In this document: positions 54,991 to 64,000 of the stretch, piece by piece
How positions within the stretch are numbered: position 1 is the stretch's first letter
Layout: each line of letters begins with the position of its first letter
Origin: Escherichia phage CMSTMSU
Sequence record: MH494197.1
Direction: 5' to 3' (one strand)
Length of the DNA stretch: 64,000 bases
The notes under the pieces: model-generated
What the model was told of the DNA's origin: nothing
The model's database searches: none
The model's input: the letters and a program-made list of their open reading frames with translations, nothing else
Made by a program: the position numbers and the translations under genes

Positions 54991-56110
54991 TTATAGTTTA
55001 AATGGCGAGAATGTATCTCCTTGGATATCATTCACAATACCACCAATGATATAAGAACTGATTTCAGTTTCTTGTGGTGCTACCTGTACAGAACTACCAC
55101 TTACCCAGTGTTCAGTCCACGGTAGTGGGTTACTCTTGGATACAGTATATGGACATTTGATACCAAGTGCCGTCATACGCTTAGAACCAATCCATCGGAC
55201 ATACTGTTTAAGAATTTCAGAGTTCAATCCAATAATAGAACCATCTTTAAAGAGGAAATCTGCCCATGCTTCTTCTTGGCGAATAGCAGACATAAACATT
55301 TCCAGTACTTCATCATAGCACTCTTCGGCAATTTTTACCATATCTGGATCTTCTTTCTTTAGAAGACGTAAAATCATTTGTGTTGCTGCGAGATGAAGGT
55401 TTTCATCACGACAAATTAGACGAATAATCTTTGCATTACCTTCCATGAGGTTGTTCTCTGCAAATGCCCATGAACAAGCAAAACTAGCATAAAACGAACA
55501 CCTTCAAGAATGTTAATACTATTCAAACATAACCATAGTTTTTCTTTAGATCATACATATTAATTTCAATAGTTTTACCATTAACAGTATGAGTGCCTTC
55601 ACCTAATGCACGATACAATGTTCCTAGTTCATCAAGGTCATCATAGTATTTTGAAATATCAGCAGCACAATCAGTGATTTCTGAAATGTCCAACATAGTA
55701 TCAAAAACTTCAGATGGATTAGGATAAATGTTACGAATAATATGTGTATATGATTTACTATGAATAGCACCTTCAAAGAACGCCCATGTTTCAATAAAGT
55801 TTTCAAGTTCAGGTAGAGATGCATATGGAAGTAGCATTAGATTAGGACCACGACCTTGAACTGAATCAAGAAGGATTTGACGTTTTAAGTTTGATGTAAA
55901 GATATGCTTCTCAGAATCATTGAGGTTAGCAAAATCAATTTTATCTTTAGATACGTCAACTTCACCGTGTCCAGAAGAAACTTTTCTGTTGTTCAGTTAG
56001 TTTTTCAAGTGTAGAGTATTTGTTACTTTCAAAGCGTTGAATATCAACACTTTCATCAAAAACATATTCTTTTCTAGGTGAGACTTCTCATTAATTTTGA
56101 AAACTGACAT
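54991..56110 (-). CDS. nrdB: ribonucleotide reductase class Ia beta subunit NrdB; at least 2 frameshifts
   Basis: Start MSVFKINEKSHLEKNMFF; TWAFFEGAIHSKSYTHIIRN and MEGNAKIIRLICRDENLHL iron-ligand motifs; length fits intron-less nrdB. Confidence 0.9.
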
Positions 56111-56160
56111 ATATATTCCTTTATATTTGGAAAGATTAATCCGCCGAAGCGGATCTTTAA

Positions 56161-58442
56161 TTAGATCTTACAACTATCACAATCACCTTCATCTAAGTCA
56201 GGTAGTGTAGGTAACACAAACTGTCCAGATTCTGGTTTTGCAGCTTCTTTTAGTACTTTCTCAACATCCACTTCATCAGAACCATCATTAGTATTATGAT
56301 AGTACAGATTTTTCAAACCAACTTTGTATGCATACATTAGTTCAGTTAGTAGTGTTGACATTGGCAACTTACCATCAGGAAGTGTGCTGGATTGTAACTG
56401 GTATTCACACTAATACTTTGGTCAATGTATTTCTGAAGAACACCACAGATTTGTAGATAACCGATGTTATCTTTCTGATCCCATAGTAAATCATATTTGT
56501 TTTTCAACTTATTGATTTCAGGAACGACTTGTTTAAGAATACCATCTTTAGATAGTTTCTTAGTTACAAGTGAACGAGGTTTCTCAATACCATTAGTACT
56601 GTTACTGATTTGTGCACTAGTTTCTGCTGGCATCAGTGCCATAGTTGTTGCGTTACGAATACCATATTGTTTGATATCCTGACGCAATGTTTCCCAATCT
56701 TGTTTTAGTTCAGGAGATACCAACGCATCAATATCTTCTTTATAGGTATCAATTGGTAGAATACCTTTAGCATATTTTAGTGTGTCAAAACCTTCACACT
56801 TACCTTTCTCTTTAGCAAGCTGTACAGAAGATTTAATTAGATAATAAGACCATGCTTCAGCCCACTCGTTAACTGTTTCCAATGCAGCTTCATTGTAACG
56901 CAAACCACGTTTAGCAAGGAAGTATGCAAAGTTAATGATACCAACACCTAATGGGCGATACATTTTAGTTGCACGGTCAGCATGAACTACTGGGTAGTCT
57001 TGATAATCCAATAGAGAATCAAGAGCACGTACAGAAAGATCACATGCAGTTTCCATATCTTCTGGACGATCAAAGTTGCCCCAGTTGATTGCACTCAAAG
57101 TACATAGACTAATCAAACCTTCACCAGTATTAATATCATCAAATGGCACAGATGGTAGTGCGATTTCTTGACACAAGTTGGATTGTTCAATTGGTGCAAT
57201 TGATTCAATAAAGGTTGAGTGTGTGTTTGCATGGTCAATGTTTTGAATATAGATACGACCAGTTTCTGCACGCTCAGTCATTAGAGTACTGAATACTTCA
57301 ACAGCAGATACAGATTTTTACGAATGCTTGGGTCAGCTTCATACTTCTTGTATAGCTTTTCAAATTCTTTTGGTTAGAACAGAATGCTTCATATAGTCCG
57401 GAACTTCATTAGGACTAAAGAATGTAATATTCTTGCCATCAACTAAACGTTGATATAGTGTTTTGTTCACTTGGAAACAATAGTCAAGTTGTCGAACACG
57501 GTTGAACTCAGTGCCTTTGTTATTTTTCAGTACTACAAGATTGTCAAATTCCAAATGCCACAATGGGAAGTGGACGGTTGCTGCACCACCACGTACACCA
57601 CCTTGAGAGCAGCTTTTAACGGTCTTAGCAGTTGATGCAATGAAAGGAATCAAACCAGTGTGTACTGCATCACCTGAACGAATCTCGAGTCCAGAGCACG
57701 AATGCGGCCCATATTGATACCAAGTCCAGCTTTACGGGAAATATAACGTAGGATAGCGTGGTTAGAAGAACCAATACTATCTAGACTATCTCCAACGTTT
57801 AGTACTACACAAGAACTAAACTGACGTGTATTGGTACGTAGACCAGCCATGATAGGAGTCGGGAGACTGATATCAAAGTTACTAACAGCATCATAAAACT
57901 TCTTAACATAAGACATACGTACAGAGCGATCATACTCCATAAAGATGATTGCTGCAATGGTCATATATGCCATTTGTGGAGTTTCGTAGATTTTCTTAGT
58001 TACGCGATTCTTATATAGATACTTTCCTTCCCACTGACGCATAGCAACATAAGTGAATTTATCATCACGTTTATGTTTGATGTAACGTCCAAGCTCTTCA
58101 ATTTCTTGAAGTGTGTATTTCTCAAGAATTTCTGGATCATAGATTTTTGTATCTACCATTTCTTGTAGATGTGCAGTGTATTTGATAGGGTCATAGTCGC
58201 CATACACTTGCTTACGGATACTATAATTTAGTAAGCGACCAGCAACGTATTGGTAGTTTGGTGTATCTTCAGAAATAAGTTCTGCTGCTGATTTAATCAG
58301 AATATCATGAATAGTATTGGTTTCAATACCTTCAAAGAATTGAAGTTGTGCACGAATTTCAATTTCGGAAACAGATACACCACTCAGCCCTTCGGCAGCA
58401 AAAATAAAATTTGATGGATCTTATCCAAAGATAACGGTTCTT
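56161..58442 (-). CDS. nrdA: ribonucleotide reductase class Ia alpha subunit NrdA; at least 5 frameshifts
   Basis: Start MINVTKRNGKK; four collinear fragments, long stretches align with recalled E. coli NrdA (FSPNEVP, RIYIQNIDHANTHS, GVGIINFAYFLAKRG, LMPAETSAQISNSTNGIE, C-terminal CDSCKI). Confidence 0.9.
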
Positions 58443-58519
58443 TTTTCCATTACGCTTGGTTACGTTAATCATGTGTCATCCTTGTTATTTTGTTTATACA
58501 GTTCTTAAATTTTGTGGAA

Positions 58520-58541
58520 GAAAAAGGCGGGACGCCTTTTA
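58520..58541 (-). terminator. possible terminator hairpin overlapping stop codon
   Basis: aaaaggcg-gga-cgcctttt inverted repeat; U-tract weak. Confidence 0.3.
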
Positions 58542-59119
58542 AGGTTTGTCCCACCCACGATATACAAATTCTATGTGGTATCCTGAATTTAAATAATCCG
58601 CATTAACTATGTCAAATTGCATATTTCCAGTACTTGAATCATAAACTGGATTACTAAACAGAATAGATAAAATTGCATCAGTACGACTTGTGTTATTCGA
58701 CTGTGCAATCATTGTTGAAGAACCAGCAGCAACAATTTGCACTGTACCTGATTCTAAAATAGTCTCATTGCTATTATACGCGATGTAGTCGATGAATACA
58801 CGACTTTCACTTTCAATAATAACTTCAACACTCTCTTGGTTTTGTGGAATGTCTACTTCAAATGGACGGTTGATGATTTTTGATACCGTTCTCCACGGTG
58901 AGAATTCGGTAATTATTTCCACGTTCTCTTTACCAGAGTTTGGATCAGTTTCCATGTACGCCCAGCAACTAAGCTTGCTGGGTCTGATGAGGAAGGTAGG
59001 CCGATGAATACACGACCCACATCAGTACTGAATCCTATCTGGCCTTTTTCCAACGCGTCTGGTAAGTCACGTTGCTTACCAGTTCTTACTTGCTGTAACG
59101 CAATTTGTTGTTGTGCCAT
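58539..59119 (-). CDS. hypothetical protein (about 190 aa, one frameshift)
   Basis: Fragments 58913-59119 and 58539-58955 collinear. Confidence 0.45.
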
Positions 59120-59276
59120 AAAACTATCTCCTATAGTATTATAGGATTATTTAGCGTTTTCTTTAACTTCAGCAATACGCTCATTGATTAGTTGAGATAC
59201 AACAGAGCTATCAACGGAAGAAAGAATTGATTCAGGAACTAGGGATTTCAAGTGTTTTACATAGTTTGCAACACTT

Positions 59277-59789
59277 TTAGTTCTTTGGTTTTAGTGCTTC
59301 TTTGATAATATCCAAATCTTCTTTTGAAGCTTCAACACGTTCAATAACAACAACGTCTTCTTCTTCAACAACAGGTGCTAGTTCTTCAGCGATTACTTGT
59401 ACTTCTTCAGATACTTTAATTTGTTCTTCAGTATCTACTACATATGATTCGATTACTTCTGGTGCAACATTACGAGATACTTCGTCAACACTAATATCTT
59501 CAGCAATTTTCTCTTTGATTACTTCTACTGGTTTTGCACCGCGAGATTTATAATCTTTAATATTAACTAAAAGTTTATTTGAAAGTTGTAGTTTGTCAAT
59601 TTCTTCATCACTTAGTTTGATTACTTCATCTAAGGAGTAGCCTTTACTTTCTAGTGCACGAATTGTATATAGGTCTTGTTTCATTTGTTTATGCTGTTCC
59701 ATTTGATTCAATTTCTCCACGTAAAATATAGTATTGCTCAACTCTACCAATCCACATATCAACCGCATCTTTGAAGTCTTGTCCTTCAA
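59277..59789 (-). CDS. hypothetical protein with acidic C-terminal region
   Basis: ORF 170 aa (true start probably internal Met). Confidence 0.4.
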   Translation of the reverse strand: MKDKTSKMRLICGLVELSNTIFYVEKLNQMEQHKQMKQDLYTIRALESKGYSLDEVIKLSDEEIDKLQLSNKLLVNIKDYKSRGAKPVEVIKEKIAEDISVDEVSRNVAPEVIESYVVDTEEQIKVSEEVQVIAEELAPVVEEEDVVVIERVEASKEDLDIIKEALKPKN

Positions 59790-60420
59790 TAACGAATTCT
59801 TGATATTGTAAATTGTTAGGATCTTTTCTTACACAGATGAAAATTACACCACGCTCAATATTTGTTCCAAACATTTGATTATGCGATAGTGCATATGCAG
59901 CGATTTGCATACGGTAATTTTCGATATGTTCCCATGTCTTTAATTTACGGGAATTCTTATAGTCCATGATAGAAGGAATCCATCATGAACCCCAACTAAG
60001 TCAGTTGTTCCAGCCCATAATCCTTCATAGAATAAAGGAACTTCCTGACCCACACTTCATTGATTCTAGGCCATGCTTCTTCTTGAATTTTGTCAGCCAT
60101 TTTACGTGCCAGAACTCGTATCGGCATACCACCTTGGTGGTCAGGCTTTCCATCCAGACGATATTCTAAGTTCTCGTGCATAAAAGTACCAACAGTACAT
60201 GCTTCTAATGTAATCTCATTAGCTTTCTCTTCACCAACAAATTCTCTCCATTTTTCAACCCCTCATTGTCAGAGGTGGCACTAAGAATTGTTGTTACTGA
60301 CGGCAGATTCCTGTTGGAGTTGAATAAAGGCGACCTTCGGGGCCGCCTTCAATTCTTTGTAATCAACGTATGTATATCTGCTAACAATTGGTGGTGTGTA
60401 CATCCGTGTACTCCTAATTA
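59689..60420 (-). CDS. hypothetical protein, possible PD-(D/E)xK-type nuclease (frame-interrupted), tentative
   Basis: Fragments 59996-60181 and 59689-59967 plus upstream segment; nuclease call is weak. Confidence 0.25.
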
Positions 60421-60851
60421 TAGCATCGTATTTTTGTTTGTCTCAGTTTTATTGCTTATTTGCTGCAACAGCAGCTTTTGTTGCCAATCTTCAACTTGGT
60501 CTTCAGAGTTCTGTTCAACTTCACCAGTACTTTCTGAATCATTACCAGTAAATGTTACAACATCCGAATTCGCATCTTGCACAAATGGCAAAGAGTTTAG
60601 AATATCCATCATAACATTATAAGGAACATCAATGTTGGTTCGCTTTTGATTTCAGCGATTAAAGATTGTAGGTTCACTTCTTCGCGACCCGATGATACTA
60701 AAGACAACGCAATAGTAGTAATCATATTGCGTATGTCTTTACCGAGCCTCTTCTGTAAGATCTTGAAATCTCATTTAGATTCATCCTTAATTATTTTTAA
60801 CGTATCCTAGTACACGTTTAACTTTCTTCTCGTTCTCAGATAGCCAAGTTT

Positions 60852-61400
60852 TCATTTCTTCTTTGTTTTGAAGAATTTAGTACCTACAGTACCGCGAACA
60901 CTTTCCATCTTAATACCAATTTGAGTTGGTTTTACAGATTCTTTCATTTCACGTTCAGTTGGTACTGGCTCAGAAATAATATCTTCTTCGAAATCAGCAT
61001 CAGCACCCATGTCGAACGTTGGGGTGTCAGCAGCAATGTCGATATCAACATCTTCACTACCAATATCAGAAACTGCTGGACCATCAGTGATATCACCAGT
61101 TAGTTTTAAAGTTTCAGTACTGATTTTGTCTTTAACATCCATTAGAGTAGTAACTGCATGTTGAAGTAGGTGGCGAACGCTATCACTAAAGTTCTGTGCA
61201 GCATCAAGACCTTGTTCCGCTTTGATACGGTCAAGTAGTGGGCCTAGAACGTCAACGCCCATGTTGTTGATTACTTCAGACTGACGTTGTAGTTTGTCAA
61301 CGATTTCACCTTTAACAGAGAGAACGATTTCAGCTTTCTCAATATTAGATTCGTTCAATTTGATGAACTTCATTGCTTCAACACGTGAAGCAGATTCCAT
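60852..61400 (-). CDS. hypothetical protein (182 aa), acidic
   Basis: ORF from track. Confidence 0.5.
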   Translation of the reverse strand: MESASRVEAMKFIKLNESNIEKAEIVLSVKGEIVDKLQRQSEVINNMGVDVLGPLLDRIKAEQGLDAAQNFSDSVRHLLQHAVTTLMDVKDKISTETLKLTGDITDGPAVSDIGSEDVDIDIAADTPTFDMGADADFEEDIISEPVPTEREMKESVKPTQIGIKMESVRGTVGTKFFKTKKK

Positions 61401-61453
61401 TAGTTTTTGTAGTTAGACATTTGAATTTCCTTATAAAATATCACTAAATTTAT

Positions 61454-61744
61454 TTACTTTATATAACCTTCACTCTTTAGAAAGTTCAGTACACGCTCTT
61501 TGAGTTTGTATGCTTCAGCTTTCTTTTCAGCGATGATGATATCTAAATCTTTTGCTTCATCGTACTTCGACTCATTCAGAACACGTTGACGTTTCTGTGC
61601 AGCCTTCAATGCTTCGGTAATTACATTGGTGTATTGTAAACCGGAACTGATGATACCAAGAACTTTTGCATCTGTCAACATTCTTCCTTCGTTGAGAAGG
61701 TTTACTAGTGTTAGTGCAGCTTCATACATCATAATATTATTCAT
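61454..61744 (-). CDS. hypothetical protein (96 aa)
   Basis: ORF from track. Confidence 0.45.
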   Translation of the reverse strand: MNNIMMYEAALTLVNLLNEGRMLTDAKVLGIISSGLQYTNVITEALKAAQKRQRVLNESKYDEAKDLDIIIAEKKAEAYKLKERVLNFLKSEGYIK

Positions 61745-62130
61745 GATAACTTGAGAACTATGATTACATTTAACACTGTATACTTTTGTTGATTTAGTAC
61801 CTTGAATTTTTCTTCTACTAAACTCCAGTTAGTTTTAGGTTTAGCAGGTGCACGTTGTACAACAGGTTGTGCTGGTTGGTGACCAAGCATGTGTTCATTG
61901 TATGGGGCGTGGAATGGAACAACATGTGGATGAGCCTGTTCTGGATCAACACCATAATTCATACCAGCTTCATTTAATGATGTCAATATGTCGGTCATTG
62001 CACCGATATCACCACCTGACTTGTAAGGAACACCAGACGCATTATGGGTTGCACCAGCTTCAATGTCATTCAAACCGCTTAACAAATCAGCCATCTGATT
62101 AACTGATTGTTGATCGTACTCGTAATTCAT
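61741..62130 (-). CDS. hypothetical protein (129 aa)
   Basis: ORF from track; 4 nt overlap with downstream gene. Confidence 0.45.
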   Translation of the reverse strand: MNYEYDQQSVNQMADLLSGLNDIEAGATHNASGVPYKSGGDIGAMTDILTSLNEAGMNYGVDPEQAHPHVVPFHAPYNEHMLGHQPAQPVVQRAPAKPKTNWSLVEEKFKVLNQQKYTVLNVIIVLKLS

Positions 62131-62751
62131 TTATTACTCCTAACAGTTGAATACTCTTCAGTACCGTCATCTTTCTCAACAATATTTAGGACTCCACGAG
62201 ATACCATTTTATCCGCTAGTTCCTGATAGTATTCGTTTACTTTTCAACTGGCACGGAACCTCGTGCCTTAATTTTCTGTAATAGTCTGTATTCTTCGTTG
62301 GAAACCATAGTGTTGTGACCATGAACATTAGGTACAGTTCTCATTATCGGCCTCGCATACGGTGACAGAAATCAATGATTTGATCTACCATCTCATCATT
62401 CTCTTGTTGTGCAGAGTTTGCTATTACACTTTCATCACCATAGATATCATCTTCTTTTCGATATCAGCGATTGCATGAATCATTTCACCCATACCGGTGC
62501 GTGTTGTGTTAGTGGAGATGGTGAATTTGGATTACCGTCTGGTTCCATACCGGCTCACCCATCACTTCACTATTAATTTCTTGTGGTGATTTCTCTTCAC
62601 GAATTGTAGTACTTTGATTTTGATTGTCAACTGGAGTTACATCATCCAAAGGAAAACATTCAATTCGTTTGGCTTAGTGCCACTTTTAGTTACTACTAAA
62701 GATTGCTGTGGGTTTTGTCCAGCATCGATACCAACAACAGGTTCAATTGAA

Positions 62752-63351
62752 TCAGTACCGCTTTGATTCCGGGCTAACTTTAATGTTATTAGCATTACGT
62801 TGTAGTTCTGCTTGTTTAAGTTTAGCTTGGGTTTGTGGGTTCACTTGCTGTTGTTGCTGTGACACATTCATTTTAGCAATCTGTGTAGATTTTAATTGAT
62901 TTTCTGGATTTTCCAAATTAGAGGATAAATCTTCAAACACAATAGTTTTTAATTCTTGAATACTCAACTTAGAAACATCAGAGTATGTGAAGTTACTTTT
63001 GTATGCTTCAACTAAGTCTTTCATTGTCATAGAATCAACTGTCTTATGCCAATCAGAACTTTCAACAATATGTTTAGTTACATTGTCAGTACTGAAGTAT
63101 GAGAAACTTTCACTCATTTGTGCTTTGTACTTTTGTAGAATTTGAAAAATTTCACGGTTATCTGAATTATCCATAGCGGCATTTAGTGTAATGAAATCAC
63201 CCGCATCCATATTATCCAGTACAACAGAAACATCAACATTCAAATTATGTGCGTCAGCAAACTTCTGTAGCTCCGCTGCTGTTTGGTTTATATCCATAAT
63301 TACTCCATATAAAATAAAAAGACCTCTGTCTTGCTTTATGATATTTATCAC
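62752..63351 (-). CDS. hypothetical protein (199 aa), Gln-rich C-terminus
   Basis: ORF from track. Confidence 0.5.
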   Translation of the reverse strand: MINIIKQDRGLFILYGVIMDINQTAAELQKFADAHNLNVDVSVVLDNMDAGDFITLNAAMDNSDNREIFQILQKYKAQMSESFSYFSTDNVTKHIVESSDWHKTVDSMTMKDLVEAYKSNFTYSDVSKLSIQELKTIVFEDLSSNLENPENQLKSTQIAKMNVSQQQQQVNPQTQAKLKQAELQRNANNIKVSPESKRY

Positions 63352-63740
63352 AATTAAGAAAAGGTCTGTTTGCTGATGCTAATATTTGTATCATTACCTG
63401 TTGTGATAAATTTTGTAATTCTTTTACCATTTAATTCTGTAGGTAAAACTAATGGTATTCCATTCAAACGCAAATCAACATCCATTGGTATTGCGAATTT
63501 GAAAGTACTAAGAGTACATTTACCCCATGAAACTGGAAGATTATAGAAAGATGCATTGTTATCTTTATATAGATCTATTTCAGTTTTACTACACTTACCA
63601 TCATGGGATAATCATGTACCATAATAGCCTCCAACAATCTCGACAAATTCATAGCACCTGTGAACTTAGAATCGATGATTGTTGGAGTTTACCATCACCT
63701 ATATCTACAACAGTATTAATTGTGTAGAAAGTATATGGTT

Positions 63741-63938
63741 TCATTCATTATCCTTATTTTTAGTCTCAACAACTTTATATCCAAAGAAATTTGTAGGAGG
63801 CATTCTTCGAAGTAATGGGTAATTTAATCCAGTACTGACTGATGCTACTGCACCTGCTGATGTTGCACCAGCAGAAGCATTTTCTTTTAGTTTAGTTTTC
63901 TTCTTCATATCAATTCCCTTTATTACGTTTTTCATCAA
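63741..63938 (-). CDS. hypothetical protein (65 aa)
   Basis: ORF from track near window edge. Confidence 0.4.
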   Translation of the reverse strand: MMKNVIKGIDMKKKTKLKENASAGATSAGAVASVSTGLNYPLLRRMPPTNFFGYKVVETKNKDNE

Positions 63939-64000
63939 GTGCTATGTTCTCCAAGCCCTTCTGAAACTTTTTATAATCTCGGTTCTTAATACTAAGAAAT

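Noticed and set aside
54991-58442. Group I intron or homing endonuclease in nrdB or nrdA, as seen in some T-even phages
   Set aside because: Reconstructed nrdB (about 373 codons) and nrdA (about 760 codons) have lengths expected for intron-less genes, and the breaks are single-nucleotide frame changes, not inserted blocks.

Overview
This 64 kb window reads as an AT-rich (roughly one-third GC) early/middle region of a large T4-like myovirus; nearly all genes lie on the minus strand, tightly packed, with short overlaps such as ATGA stop/start junctions. Recognisable content is a DNA replication and nucleotide metabolism module: class Ia ribonucleotide reductase NrdA/NrdB, DHFR, bacterial-type RNase HI, Dda-like helicase, type II topoisomerase gp39/gp52, clamp-loader gp44, a HAD deoxyribonucleotidase-like phosphatase and a DEDDh exonuclease. 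Accessory genes include an orphan C5-cytosine methyltransferase and homologs of IF3, ClpS, GroES and a TelA-like protein. There are three tRNA clusters with six canonical tRNAs and two aberrant tRNA-like elements. Most conserved genes are broken into two to five reading-frame fragments, at homopolymer runs where I traced the junction, so I treat this as indel error in the assembly and annotate gene-level spans; all coordinates and products are from manual reading, no searches were run. The most interesting unexplained signals are a family of at least 14 small paralogous proteins sharing an acidic-FQ-x-S motif, a second small family in tandem array, a plus-strand pair of membrane-anchored paralogs, and strong over-representation of the palindrome CAGTACTG, partly inside sigma70-like early promoters.
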